Assembly (NCBI GenBank): GCA_965198115.1 | Contig: OZ240241.1 | Span: 5,376,001 to 5,440,000 of the forward strand | Direction of reading: 5' to 3' | DNA: 64,000 nucleotides | Source: Candidatus Latescibacterota bacterium | GTDB taxonomy: Bacteria > Latescibacterota > UBA2968 | The notes under the pieces: model-generated | Told to the model about the DNA's origin: nothing | The model's input: the letters and a program-made list of their open reading frames with translations, nothing else | The model's database searches: none | Position numbers and translations under genes: made by a program | Shown: positions 30,818 to 41,743 of the stretch, piece by piece | Layout: the number at the start of each line of letters is the position of its first letter | Numbering within the stretch: position 1 is the first letter of the stretch

Positions 30818-32158
30818 ATGCGCAGCTGCCTGTATCTTTTCTCATGTATCTTGGTGCTTTCCGCTGCATCCACGTTCCCGACCACATCCGGAGAAGAATC
30901 ACCGGGCAGGAACTGGCCCCGGTGGCGGGGCGAATTCGGCGTTTCATCCGAGACCTCTCTCCCCACGACCTGGAGTCCAGATTCGGGCATCGCCTGGACC
31001 GTCAAACCGGCCGGATCCGGTACCTCTGCGCCGATCGTCTGGGGCGACCAAGTCATCGTCACCTCACAGGTCGGCCTGGCAACGGTCAAGGGCGGTGCGC
31101 ATCCATTCCTCGCCCGCGACGACCCCAGCATTGTTGCGCAGGAAGACGCCATGGCCATCGTCGACCGGCGTGACGAGCCGCATCTTGTCATCGAATCTTT
31201 CGATCGATCCAGCGGCAAACGGAAGTGGATCTACCGATCAAAGGCCATCGGACCGTTCTCCGAACACCATAAAAAGCACAACCTTGCGACGTCGACCCCC
31301 GTGACCGACGGAAAGCGCGTCTATGCGTTGTTCGGGAATGGGCAGGTCCTCTGCGTCGACTTCGACGGACAACTCGTCTGGTCGCGCCATCTGTCAGACT
31401 ACGGAACCTTCGTGAACCGGTGGGGACACGGCGCGTCACCCACGCTCTACGACGACCTGCTCATCCTCCTCGTCGACCACCAGCCCAACGCTTACCTCCT
31501 CGCCCTCGATGCCGAAACGGGGAAAGAACGCTGGCACGTCGACCGCGGGTCGGACCGCATTTCCCACGCCACGCCCGTCGTCATACCCGGCCCCGACGGC
31601 GACGAGCTCGTGATTAACTCGACGGAGCGCGTCGAGGCCTTCGATCCCACGACCGGCCAGCTCCTGTGGCACTTTGGAGCGTATCGGCAGACACCGATCC
31701 CGACGCCCGTCTTCGGCGACAGCACCATTTACATGACGCGGGGTTATCGGAACAGCGACTTCCTGGCCATCCGCCCGGGAGGACGAGGCGACATCACGGA
31801 GAGCCACATTCTCTGGCGATCACCCGGCGGAGGGTCTTACGTCCCCTCCATCGTGCACTTCGAGGGGCTGCTCTACATGACCAACGAGATCGGTGTCGTG
31901 ACGTGCGCCGACGCGAGCGACGGGAAGCGGGTGTGGCGCCACCGGCTCGGCGGCATCTTCTTCGCATCCCCAGTCGCAGGTGACGGGAAGGTTTACATGG
32001 TTGGCGAAACGGGCAGGACGTTCGTATTGCAGGCTGGGCGGAAACCCGAAATCATCGCCGAGAACACCCTCGAGGGTCGTTTCGTCGCCTCACCCGCCAT
32101 CTCCCACGGGCGCATCTTCCTGCGCAGCGACACGACGCTCTTCGCGATAGGCGAATAG
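30818..32158 (+). CDS. PQQ-like beta-propeller repeat protein (BamB-like), secreted
   Basis: GGAG RBS, signal peptide, NWPRWRG, repeated S/TP and G...W propeller motifs. Confidence 0.85.
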   Translation: MRSCLYLFSCILVLSAASTFPTTSGEESPGRNWPRWRGEFGVSSETSLPTTWSPDSGIAWTVKPAGSGTSAPIVWGDQVIVTSQVGLATVKGGAHPFLARDDPSIVAQEDAMAIVDRRDEPHLVIESFDRSSGKRKWIYRSKAIGPFSEHHKKHNLATSTPVTDGKRVYALFGNGQVLCVDFDGQLVWSRHLSDYGTFVNRWGHGASPTLYDDLLILLVDHQPNAYLLALDAETGKERWHVDRGSDRISHATPVVIPGPDGDELVINSTERVEAFDPTTGQLLWHFGAYRQTPIPTPVFGDSTIYMTRGYRNSDFLAIRPGGRGDITESHILWRSPGGGSYVPSIVHFEGLLYMTNEIGVVTCADASDGKRVWRHRLGGIFFASPVAGDGKVYMVGETGRTFVLQAGRKPEIIAENTLEGRFVASPAISHGRIFLRSDTTLFAIGE

Positions 32159-32168
32159 AGGTTAGCCT

Positions 32169-32681
32169 TTGGCGACGGTCAGACGGATTCGAGAGGAGGA
32201 GTGGGAACGGCTGCGCGAGGTGCGTCTTGAAGCCCTCGGTGACACCCCCTACGCCTTCCATTCCAAACTCGAGGAGGCAAGGACGCTCCCCGACAAAGAG
32301 TGGCAGACGCGCGCACGAAACGGGGCCGAAGGAAGTTTGTCGCTCTGTGTCATCGCAACCGAGGGTGAAAAGACCGTTGGCATGGCCGCGGGGTTTCCCG
32401 ACGAGTCGACCGACGAAATCGCTCACCTGGTCTCCATGTGGGTCCGCGACAGTCACCGCGGCACCGACGTGGCCATCCGACTCGTCGATTTCGTCGTGGA
32501 GTGGGCGGCCGATCGTGGAGCCGAAGGCCTCCTGGCCGGTGTCACGACCGGAAACGATCGGGCGCTGCGGTTCTACGACAAGATCGGGTTCAAACTTTAC
32601 GATGGCGATGTCGACATGGGTTGTGAAACCGTACTCTGCAAGAACCTTGTGAGGAAGCAAACGTGGATTTCCCGTCCCTAA
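32169..32681 (+). CDS. GNAT-family N-acetyltransferase
   Basis: MWV...HRG and N.RA.RFY.K.GF motifs. Confidence 0.85.
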   Translation: MATVRRIREEEWERLREVRLEALGDTPYAFHSKLEEARTLPDKEWQTRARNGAEGSLSLCVIATEGEKTVGMAAGFPDESTDEIAHLVSMWVRDSHRGTDVAIRLVDFVVEWAADRGAEGLLAGVTTGNDRALRFYDKIGFKLYDGDVDMGCETVLCKNLVRKQTWISRP

Positions 32682-32731
32682 CAGCCGACAGAAGCCGACA
32701 GTTCCACCTCATCCATATCCAGACCTGACTC

Positions 32732-35700
32732 TCAGCCACCGGCGCCTTTTCCACCCGGTTCTCCGATGTACTTCACAAACAGGGACCGGTTCCTCTTCAT
32801 CCCACTCCCCAGCACCGCCAGAAGTGCAGCATGGTCTGCCTCGCCGACCGCGCGTGCGAGCTTGTTGAGCGCCACCTCGTCGTCAGGCAACCGGGTCCGC
32901 CCCTGTTCATCCTGACATCGCAGCACCTTCTCCACCGTCCGCAAGAAGACGAAGTTCTCGTCGAGGTCGTGCGCTTCGCCCACCTCGATCAGCCCCGCCT
33001 GTCGCAGCTTCGAAAGCCCATCGCGCGTGTTCGCAGTACGAAGACCCGGTTGGTTCTTGGCGTGTCGAATCTGAAGCCCCTGCACGATGAACTCGACGTC
33101 CACGATCCCTCCCGCCCCGGTCTTGATGCTCAGGAGATCCGAGCCCCCTTTCCGCTCCATCCGGCGTCGAACGTCGACCATGGTGGCTCGGGCCCCTTCA
33201 TCTAGACCGTCTCCGAGCACGAAAGTCTCCAGACGCGAAACCATGCGCGCTCCAAGGTCCGCATCGCCAGCGACCACACGCGTTCTCGATAGCGCAAAAC
33301 GCTCCCACGTGGACGCACGCCGCTCCAGATACCGTTCATACGCATCGAACGAAAGCGCCATTAACGCGTTCGCCCCCTCGGGCCTCAGCCGGGCATCGAC
33401 CTCGTAGAGCGACCCGCTCGCCGTCACCTCCGACAGCGCCGTCGTGACGGCCTGTGCGATGGCCACGAAGAATTGGAGGTTCCCTTCCTGACGCGCCCCG
33501 TCCGTCGTCCCGTCTTCGCCGTAGACGAACACGATGTCCAGATCCGACCCGAAGTTCAGTTCGCGCCCACCCATCTTCCCGAGTCCCAGAATCACGAACG
33601 GTGACACGTCGCCGTCCGGTGTCCTGGGCACACCCGTCCTTTCGGCTCGCTGACGGTAGGTCAACTCGAGCACGCGACGCAGAATGGCCTCGGCCAGACA
33701 CGTCAGCGCTTCGAACGTCTCGAACGAATCCGTCAACCCCAGGAGATCTCGCGTCCCGATGCGCAGAAGCTCCTTGTTCTTCACACCGCACAGGGCAGCG
33801 ATGGCGCGAGACGGTTCCTCGACACCCTCGAGTACCCGATCGAGTTCGGTCTCCAGCTCCTCCGCGCTCACCTCCCGCAGAAGGACGGCGGGTAGCGTCA
33901 GCCAATCCAGCAAACCGGGATTTCGAATCAGGATCGAAATCAGATACTGGCTGCCGCCGCAGAGTTTGAGCAGCAGATCCCGTAGTCCGTGGTTGCTGTT
34001 CAGCGTCTGGAACAAGGTGTTCCCAGCGCCATACGCGCTGACGAGACGCTCCAGATGACTCAATGCCTGATCCGGATCCACCGTCTCCTGCAGCGACGCC
34101 ATTAGGGTGGGCGCGAGCTCCACGAAGCTCCGACGGGCCTGAGTCCCTCGGATGCGGGGCGCGTGGCCGAACGCCAGGTAGACGAGGTTTCGATGGGCCT
34201 CCCCCGGACGGGCGAAACCCAGCTCGCTCAACATCCCCCTCGCCTCTTCGTCGCCCAGTTCGATCTCGCACAGCGCACCGACCGACCGGTGGGCACCGGC
34301 TTCGTCCTGTTCGGAAAAAATCTCGGCGTAGATGGTCTGCACGTCGCTCAGGTGTCGCTCGAGTGTCGCTACGTAGGCTTCAGCGTTTTCCAACCCCAGG
34401 CTTCGCCCGAGCGCGTCCTGTGCGGGTTCGCTGTCCGGCAGGATGTAGTCGCTGCGGCCGTGCATCATCTGCAGCCGATGTTCCAATCGTCGGTAGAAGA
34501 CGTAGGCTTCACTCAAGGACACCGACTGAGTGCTCGACAGCGCGCCGACCGTAGTCAGCTGCTCGATCGCTTCCAGGGTGTGACCCGACCGGGTGTGTTC
34601 GTGAACCTGACCCACGATCAACTGGAGACATTGGACGATGAACTCGACGTCCCGAATCCCTCCCGACCGCAGCTTCAGATGCGTTTCGCCCTGCCCGCGA
34701 CTACCGATTTTCCCCTCGATCCGCTGCTTGATGCGGTGGATCTCGTCCACGGGCGAGCCGTCGATGTAACCGGGAAAGACGAACGGCCGGATCCGATCGA
34801 TGAAGCGCTGCCCGAGCACCCGATCGCCGGCACACACGCGGGCCTTGATCAGCATCTGGCGCTCCCACAGCTCGCCGCGACGCACGTAGTAACTTTCGTA
34901 TGCCAGCAACGGCATCGTCAGAGCGCCGGCCATACCGTCCGGTCGGAGACGCACGTCCACGCGAAAAAAGGCCCCCTCCGTGGTCGGTTCCGAAATGACC
35001 TGGACGATCTGCTCCGAAAGCCTCGTAAAGAACTCCTGGTTCGAAACGCTTCTCAGCTCGCTCCCTTTCCCATCCGTCTTTCCTTCCGCCGAGTAGAGAA
35101 ACATCAGGTCGATGTCGGAGCTGAAGTTCAACTCCTGGCCGCCCAGCTTGCCGAGACCGATCACGGCGTAAGACGCCTCTCTTCCCGACTCCTCGAACGG
35201 TGTCCCGAATCGTCCCACTAGGGCTCCGTAGGTCTCATCGATCACACGATCCAAACAGGCGTCCGCCAGGTCCGAAAGTTCGTCGGCCACGCGGTGAATC
35301 GGTCTGCCGCCTACGAGATCCGCGGAGCCGATACGCAAAAGCTCGCGACGCATCAGTCGCCGGAGGGCATCGAGCCGTCTTTCACTGTCGTCGAACGGAG
35401 CCAGCGCGCGATCCATTTCTGCGTCCACACAAGCTCTGTCGCAGACCTCGGAAAGGCGCTCGGGCGTCTCGGTCAGCCAGGAAAAATATTGAGGATCGCG
35501 AACGAGGATGTCCGAGAAGTATTGGCTGCTCCCCAGCAAGCGAACCAACAGGGCACACGTCTCCGGGCGGGCGTTCAGCTCTGCGTAGAAATCGCTTTTG
35601 CTGAACACGCTACGGGCGAGTCGATCGAAATTGCTGAGCGCGAGATCCGGGTCGGGCGCGCCGGGCAGCTCGTCGAGCAGACTGTCGGGCAATCGCACCT

Positions 35701-35854
35701 GCCCAATCGGCTGGACAAGATCGTCTAGATCCTTCAACACACGGCTCGGATCGCGGAACCCTAGATCGAGCAATGTGTCGTGGGCCGCCCCCTCGGCCTC
35801 GAGCAGAGCGAGCGTCCGTTCGTGTCCTGCTGCGTCGACGTCAGACATAGCCAC
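32732..35854 (-). CDS. glnE: Bifunctional glutamine synthetase adenylyltransferase/adenylyl-removing enzyme
   Basis: Two nucleotidyltransferase motifs GKLGGQELNFSSDIDL and GKMGGRELNFGSDLDI; VD.RLRP.G and GGI.DVEF in both halves. Confidence 0.95.
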   Translation of the reverse strand: MAMSDVDAAGHERTLALLEAEGAAHDTLLDLGFRDPSRVLKDLDDLVQPIGQVRLPDSLLDELPGAPDPDLALSNFDRLARSVFSKSDFYAELNARPETCALLVRLLGSSQYFSDILVRDPQYFSWLTETPERLSEVCDRACVDAEMDRALAPFDDSERRLDALRRLMRRELLRIGSADLVGGRPIHRVADELSDLADACLDRVIDETYGALVGRFGTPFEESGREASYAVIGLGKLGGQELNFSSDIDLMFLYSAEGKTDGKGSELRSVSNQEFFTRLSEQIVQVISEPTTEGAFFRVDVRLRPDGMAGALTMPLLAYESYYVRRGELWERQMLIKARVCAGDRVLGQRFIDRIRPFVFPGYIDGSPVDEIHRIKQRIEGKIGSRGQGETHLKLRSGGIRDVEFIVQCLQLIVGQVHEHTRSGHTLEAIEQLTTVGALSSTQSVSLSEAYVFYRRLEHRLQMMHGRSDYILPDSEPAQDALGRSLGLENAEAYVATLERHLSDVQTIYAEIFSEQDEAGAHRSVGALCEIELGDEEARGMLSELGFARPGEAHRNLVYLAFGHAPRIRGTQARRSFVELAPTLMASLQETVDPDQALSHLERLVSAYGAGNTLFQTLNSNHGLRDLLLKLCGGSQYLISILIRNPGLLDWLTLPAVLLREVSAEELETELDRVLEGVEEPSRAIAALCGVKNKELLRIGTRDLLGLTDSFETFEALTCLAEAILRRVLELTYRQRAERTGVPRTPDGDVSPFVILGLGKMGGRELNFGSDLDIVFVYGEDGTTDGARQEGNLQFFVAIAQAVTTALSEVTASGSLYEVDARLRPEGANALMALSFDAYERYLERRASTWERFALSRTRVVAGDADLGARMVSRLETFVLGDGLDEGARATMVDVRRRMERKGGSDLLSIKTGAGGIVDVEFIVQGLQIRHAKNQPGLRTANTRDGLSKLRQAGLIEVGEAHDLDENFVFLRTVEKVLRCQDEQGRTRLPDDEVALNKLARAVGEADHAALLAVLGSGMKRNRSLFVKYIGEPGGKGAGG

Positions 35855-35910
35855 CCGTCATCGTGATGAATCTTGCGGTGCACACTACGGATGAAATCGT
35901 TCCCTTTGGC

Positions 35911-36113
35911 CACCGGTCATCCTGAGTGATCTCTGCACGAGAAATATGGTCGCGAAGCAAGGTGATGTACCACTGCACAGATCGTATCGAAGGACGGCCG
36001 GTGGCCCCCACACGGACAGCATTGGGCGACCGATCGCCCTTCGATACGGCGGTCATTCAGACACCCCACCGTTTCGGAATGTGATTCGCGAGTCGCCGAC
36101 TCAGGATGATCGG
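35911..36113. repeat. ~200-bp REPIN/MITE-like element, inverted homolog of 6394-6620
   Basis: Same terminal and inner IR boxes. Confidence 0.75.
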
Positions 36114-36165
36114 CCGGCGATCGCCTACCAGGTGATACGTCGCCATACCTACGAAAATATTGTGA

Positions 36166-36531
<366 letters not shown>

Positions 36532-36605
36532 TCACGAGCTGATGCTGCCCGTCCTGGGCGCATCGCTACAATCTTCACTATTCGAGTTTCAATATTCAAT
36601 CAAAA

Positions 36606-36634
36606 TTGACACCCGCAGCCGTTTCCGCTATCGT
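36606..36634 (+). promoter_or_regulatory. Sigma70-type promoter for cupin operon
   Basis: TTGACA-17 bp-TATCGT. Confidence 0.55.
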
Positions 36635-36675
36635 TCCCGCTCGCCGAAAGCACTCAGACCGAAAGGAAATCCAGC

Positions 36676-37038
36676 ATGGCCAGTCCCGTCACCCGCGGCG
36701 GCGAACACGAAGCCGAAAACTTCCCCTGGGGGTCGATCACGTGGCTCCACGCCGGCAAGTACGATCCGGACACACAGCAGACGTTCGGCTTTGTCTTCAT
36801 AAACCCTGGCGAGCATAACCCTCCTCATTACCATCCCAACTGTGAAGAGATCCTCTTCGTCGTCTCCGGCACGTGCTCGCACAGCTACGGCGACGACGCC
36901 TACGACCTGGGCCCCGGCGACTCGATTCGCGTCCCCCAGGGCGTCATCCACAATGCCGTCAACAATGGCTGGGAGCCCGTCCGCTGCATCATCAGCTTCA
37001 GCTCCGGCGACCGCCAGACCGTCTTCCTGGAGGAATGA
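36676..37038 (+). CDS. Cupin_2 domain protein
   Basis: HYHPNCEE and PGD...P.G..H metal-binding motifs; RBS AAGGA. Confidence 0.85.
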   Translation: MASPVTRGGEHEAENFPWGSITWLHAGKYDPDTQQTFGFVFINPGEHNPPHYHPNCEEILFVVSGTCSHSYGDDAYDLGPGDSIRVPQGVIHNAVNNGWEPVRCIISFSSGDRQTVFLEE

Positions 37039-37105
37039 TCATTCCGGGCGACGTTAAACCTTCCTTCGAACGCCTCATTTTGCATTTTGCACTCTACATT
37101 TTGCA

Positions 37106-38119
37106 ATGAACTCCCTGCCCCCCGGCAAGCTCCCCCTCGGTCTGCTGGACGATCTGCTCGGTCGCATCCGCACCGACGACCCTCGCCTCCTCGTCGGTCC
37201 GCGTCTCGGCGAAGACGCCGCCGTCATCGACTTCGGGGACACCTGCTTGGTCGCCAAAACCGACCCCATTACTTTCGCGACGGACGAGATCGGCTACTAC
37301 GCCATTCACGTAAGCGCGAACGACGTCGCCACGATGGGGGCTACACCCCGCTGGTTTCTGCCCACCCTCCTGCTTCCCGAAGGCGCTACCGACACCCAAA
37401 CCGTCCGCAGCATCTTCACATCGATTCAAAACGCGGCCGACGAGGCCGGCATCACCATCTGCGGCGGACACACCGAGATCACGGCCGGTCTGGATCGTCC
37501 GATCGTCGTCGGCCAAATGCTCGGTGAAGTCGCGCGAGATCGGATCATTCGCTCCGATGGGTTGCGCGAAGGCGATCGCATCCTCCTCACCAAAGGCCTC
37601 GGCATCGAGGGGACGGCCGTCATCGCCCGGGAGCTGGGCGACGAACTCGACGCACGCGGTCTCGACCCGGACCTGATCGAACGCGCAACGCACTATCTCC
37701 GCGACCCCGGCATCAGCGTGCTCGCCGAGGCCCGCGCCGTTTCCGACGCCCTCACCCCGCACGCCATGCACGACCCCACCGAGGGGGGTGTCGCGACGGC
37801 CCTACGCGAGCTTGCCTCCGCCTCGAACGTCGGACTGGCCGTCTATGCGGACGCCCTCTTTCTGCCGCCAGAGACCGAGACGATCTGCACAACCATGAAA
37901 ATCGATCCCCTCGGACTCATCTCATCCGGCGCCCTCCTGGTCGGCGTCGATCCGTCCGACGTCGACACCGCCACGCGAGCTCTCGACCGTGTCGGTGTGA
38001 GGTCCGATGTCATCGCTCGCGTCGAATCGGCCGGTTTCGGCCTCCGATACGGGAGCGGCACCGACTGGCGCGACCTGCCCACGTTCGAACGCGACGAGCT
38101 CGCACGACTCTTCAAGTAA
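37106..38119 (+). CDS. AIR synthase-related (HypE/PurM-like) protein
   Basis: GKLP, GEDAA, DPIT, AND, GGHTE, HDPTEGG motifs. Confidence 0.85.
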   Translation: MNSLPPGKLPLGLLDDLLGRIRTDDPRLLVGPRLGEDAAVIDFGDTCLVAKTDPITFATDEIGYYAIHVSANDVATMGATPRWFLPTLLLPEGATDTQTVRSIFTSIQNAADEAGITICGGHTEITAGLDRPIVVGQMLGEVARDRIIRSDGLREGDRILLTKGLGIEGTAVIARELGDELDARGLDPDLIERATHYLRDPGISVLAEARAVSDALTPHAMHDPTEGGVATALRELASASNVGLAVYADALFLPPETETICTTMKIDPLGLISSGALLVGVDPSDVDTATRALDRVGVRSDVIARVESAGFGLRYGSGTDWRDLPTFERDELARLFK

Positions 38120-38146
38120 CTCCATTCGAAACGCAACCTTGCGGAC

Positions 38147-38707
38147 ATGATCAAAGCAGTCATCCTCGACATGGACGGCACCCTCACCCAACCCGTGATC
38201 GACTGGCAGCGCCTCCGGCAACGAATCGGCGCCCCACCAGAGTCGACGATCATGGATCACATCGCCAGTCTGCCCGAACCGGAGGCGGAACGCGCAGAAA
38301 CGATCCTCCTCGAAACCGAACGCGAAGGGACGGAAAGGGCGCCGCTCAACGACGGCGTGCACGAGCTGTTCGACACCCTCGACCGACGGCAGATCCGTCG
38401 AGCCATCGTCACCAACAACCACAGGGCGGCCATGGAATCGGTCATCGATCGCCACGCGTTACGGCTCGACGCCGCGTTCAGCCGCGACGACGGCCCGCTC
38501 AAACCGGCCCCCGATCTGGTGCTCATGGCCCTCGAAGCGCTCGACTGCGATGCCGACGACACCCTCGGTCTTGGAGACGGCCGCTACGACATCGCCGCCT
38601 ACGGCGGCGCCGGTGTGCGCTGCGTCTATCTGACGCACGGCAAACCCACCCTCGACCACAACCCCGCCATCGCCTCACTCACAGAGTTCCTGCCCTTCCT
38701 AAAATGA
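38147..38707 (+). CDS. HAD-superfamily hydrolase
   Basis: LDMDGTL, IVTNN, KPAPD, GDG.YD motifs. Confidence 0.88.
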   Translation: MIKAVILDMDGTLTQPVIDWQRLRQRIGAPPESTIMDHIASLPEPEAERAETILLETEREGTERAPLNDGVHELFDTLDRRQIRRAIVTNNHRAAMESVIDRHALRLDAAFSRDDGPLKPAPDLVLMALEALDCDADDTLGLGDGRYDIAAYGGAGVRCVYLTHGKPTLDHNPAIASLTEFLPFLK

Positions 38708-38814
38708 GGTTCCACCTTGGGGTGTTTATCCTGAACACCGAACACTGAACACGTCTTTTTAACGCGCAGCTTCCGCCTACTTCGTTGTGCCGGCTGATAC
38801 AAGTGCTTATAATT

Positions 38815-40234
38815 GGCTCTATTCGGGTTTCTCAACGGTGAAACTATAGAATGACAAGGTCATAGATCGTTCCCTACGCTTGGTTGTGTGTGTAGGACAA
38901 TCAAAGCGAAGGGGGTGCGACCTATGACCGGGAGCAGATTACTATCGAAACTGCTGAGATTCAAGGGGTTCCGTGTTGTCAGCTGGTGGTTTGAGGGGAG
39001 AAGCTGTTTCGTCATCGCCGTAAAGCCACATAAGAATGGTTGTTGTTGTCCGGAGTACGGCCGTCGAGGTAAAATCGTCCGCACAATGCCCCATCCGCGT
39101 CGGTGGCGTGACATTCCGGTGTGCGGGTGGAGGGTCTGGCTTCTCTACCATCCTCGGGAGATTCGGTGTCCTACCCACGGTCGTGTGGTCGAGGAGATTC
39201 CGTGGGCGGAGCGGTTCTCTCGGGTGACGTATCGCTTCGAGTATGCCATGCTGCGCTACTGCCAGACCATGACGCAGAAGGCGGCGTCCGAGTTACTGCG
39301 CATCTCTGCCTCGACGCTGTCGGATCTCCTTCACCGATCCATCACGCGGCTTCGTGAAGGTCATCGTATCCGAGGGCTCAAAACCATCGGGATCGACGAG
39401 ATCTCCTACGCCAAGCGTCACAGGTACGCCACGCTCGTTTACGATCTGGACCGCTCCTGCGTGGTGTGGGTTGGCCGCGGCAGGGCGCGTAAAACGATCG
39501 ATCGGTTCTTCACAGAGGCTCTCAGTCCCTACCGGAGATCCAAGATCGAGTGGGCCTGCTGCGACATGAGCGAAGCTTACATCGGAGCCATCCAGGAACA
39601 CTGTCCGAATGCCAAGCTGGTCCTCGATCGCTTTCACATCGTCAAGGCTCTCAATGCCGCCGTTGACGAGGTCCGTAAGGACCAGTGGCGTAAAGCTGCC
39701 CCGGATGAGCGCAAAGCCATGAAGGGCCTCCGATGGCTCCTCTACCGGCACTCAGCGACACGCTCCAGAGGGGATACTCGGACACTCAAAGCACTGGAGA
39801 AGGCGAACTACCGAATCTATAGAGCCTGGAGACTCAAGGACGAGTTCGAGCAGTTCTGGGAATACAAAGCGCCCTGGGCTGCCGAACGCTTCCTGAAATG
39901 CTGGACGACGTCCGCACTCAGAAGTCGACTTGAACCCCTGCGAAAGTTCGTCAGGACCCTGCGACAGCACTTCTTCGGCGTCCTCGCATTCGTGAACACG
40001 CGTCTTACCAACGCCATCGCCGAAGGCCTCAACCGAATCGTCCAAATCGTCAAGAACCGAGCCAGCGGATTCCGCACACTCGACGCATTCAACGATATGA
40101 TCTTCCTTACCGTCGGAGACATAAACATCCCTGAGCAGATTCCGAAGAGGTTCCGCACACTCTAACCGCGCCCCCATGCCAGGAACCACGGCACCTTCAC
40201 CCACTTCAGCTCGTTGAGAGATCCGGATATAGCC
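38815..40234 (+). mobile_element. ISL3 element, copy D (1420 bp), flanks not duplicated
   Basis: Both IRs present; left flank TTATAATT, right flank AAATTATT. Confidence 0.95.
38888..40165 (+). CDS. ISL3-family transposase (zinc-finger C-to-Y variant)
   Basis: CPEYG instead of CPECG. Confidence 0.9.
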   Translation: MCRTIKAKGVRPMTGSRLLSKLLRFKGFRVVSWWFEGRSCFVIAVKPHKNGCCCPEYGRRGKIVRTMPHPRRWRDIPVCGWRVWLLYHPREIRCPTHGRVVEEIPWAERFSRVTYRFEYAMLRYCQTMTQKAASELLRISASTLSDLLHRSITRLREGHRIRGLKTIGIDEISYAKRHRYATLVYDLDRSCVVWVGRGRARKTIDRFFTEALSPYRRSKIEWACCDMSEAYIGAIQEHCPNAKLVLDRFHIVKALNAAVDEVRKDQWRKAAPDERKAMKGLRWLLYRHSATRSRGDTRTLKALEKANYRIYRAWRLKDEFEQFWEYKAPWAAERFLKCWTTSALRSRLEPLRKFVRTLRQHFFGVLAFVNTRLTNAIAEGLNRIVQIVKNRASGFRTLDAFNDMIFLTVGDINIPEQIPKRFRTL

Positions 40235-40341
40235 AAATTATTAGGTGCTTTCAGGACTGGGGCGATACGTGGCCGTCATCCCCAACCGTCAGCGTCCTTT
40301 ACGAACGGTTGATCGCGAACTATCACGTTCCGGAGACACAC

Positions 40342-41643
40342 ATGAACTACCCTGAAATGTTCCGTCTGCGACAGATCTTCGACGCTCCGCGCTGCGACGA
40401 TGTATACGGGGCCGTCCGCTCGGAAATCGACAAGCTGAGCCCCGGCGACAAGATCAAGTCCGGCCAGACCGTCGCCGTGGCCGCAGGCAGCCGAGGTGTC
40501 GCCAACATCGACACCATCGTCAAGGCGACCGTCGATGCCGTCAAGAACCTGGGCGCCGAACCATATGTCGTTCCGGCCATGGGTAGCCACGGTGGCGGCA
40601 CGGCCGAAGGCCAGGCCGCGGTGCTCGATGGCTACGGCATCAACGAACAGACGATGGGCTGCCCGATTCGGTCCTCCATGGACGTCGTCCAGATCGGAAC
40701 CTCCGACTTCGGCATGCCCATCTACTTCGACCGGAACGCGTCCGAAGCCGATCACGTCGTCGTCGTCAATCGGGTGAAGCCACATACCGGATTCGCGGGC
40801 GAAATCGAGTCCGGATTGATGAAAATGATGCTCATCGGTCTCGGGAAGCACAAAGGAGCGGCGGTTTACCACCGGGCCATCATCCACCACTCTTTCGATA
40901 CCATCGTCAGACTGGTCGGACGCGTCGTTCGCGAAGAAATGCCGATAGCGTTCGGCGTCGCGACCCTCGAAAACGGCTACGACGAGACCGCCGAGATCCA
41001 CGCCATCGACGCACCCGACTTCGAAGAAGTGGAGAAGGTTCTGCAGGCCAAATCGAAGGCCTATTGTCCCACACTCCCGTTCGAAGACGTCGACCTCCTC
41101 ATCATCGACGAGATGGGCAAAGACATCAGTGGCGCGGGCATGGATACCAACGTCATCGGCCGGAAGCGCAACGACCGGAAGGCCATGGACGGGGACACGC
41201 CCCGGGTGCTACGCATTTTCGTCCGCGACCTCACGGAAACGACGCACGGAAACGCCACCGGCATCGGCATGGCCGAGTTCACGACGAACCGACTCGTCGA
41301 CAAGATCGATTTCCACGCAACCTACACGAACGCCATCACCGGCCAGCACGTGTCTGCCGCTGCGGTCCCCCTGCACTACGAGACCGACTGCGAAGTACTC
41401 GAAATCGCCCTTGAATCGATCGGTCTGATCGACATCCCCGACGCCCGCGTGCTCTGGATCAAGAACACGCTCGACCTCGGAGAGGTCGAAGCGTCCGTCG
41501 CCTACATGGCTCAGCTCGAGGGACGCGACGACCTCGAACTCACCGTCGGTCCCAGAACACTCGAACTCCAGGCCGGCGGAAACCTCCCGCCGTTCGAGAC
41601 GTTCGCACAGACCCCCGCCGCCGAAGGTGTCGCAGCGGACTGA
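40342..41643 (+). CDS. LarA/DUF2088-DUF362-like protein (lactate racemase superfamily)
   Basis: GSRG, PAMGSHGG, NRVKPHT, GLGKH.GA, GKDISGAGMDTNVIGR motifs; ATG after GGAG. Confidence 0.8.
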   Translation: MNYPEMFRLRQIFDAPRCDDVYGAVRSEIDKLSPGDKIKSGQTVAVAAGSRGVANIDTIVKATVDAVKNLGAEPYVVPAMGSHGGGTAEGQAAVLDGYGINEQTMGCPIRSSMDVVQIGTSDFGMPIYFDRNASEADHVVVVNRVKPHTGFAGEIESGLMKMMLIGLGKHKGAAVYHRAIIHHSFDTIVRLVGRVVREEMPIAFGVATLENGYDETAEIHAIDAPDFEEVEKVLQAKSKAYCPTLPFEDVDLLIIDEMGKDISGAGMDTNVIGRKRNDRKAMDGDTPRVLRIFVRDLTETTHGNATGIGMAEFTTNRLVDKIDFHATYTNAITGQHVSAAAVPLHYETDCEVLEIALESIGLIDIPDARVLWIKNTLDLGEVEASVAYMAQLEGRDDLELTVGPRTLELQAGGNLPPFETFAQTPAAEGVAAD

Positions 41644-41743
41644 GCCCCAAAGAAGCGGATCGAGTCTGGAGACGGCCAGATCCGTCCCAGAAATTCGAGT
41701 TTCACAGAGACCTCGGGTGAGCCCGAGGGTGTCTTGTTGTCTG

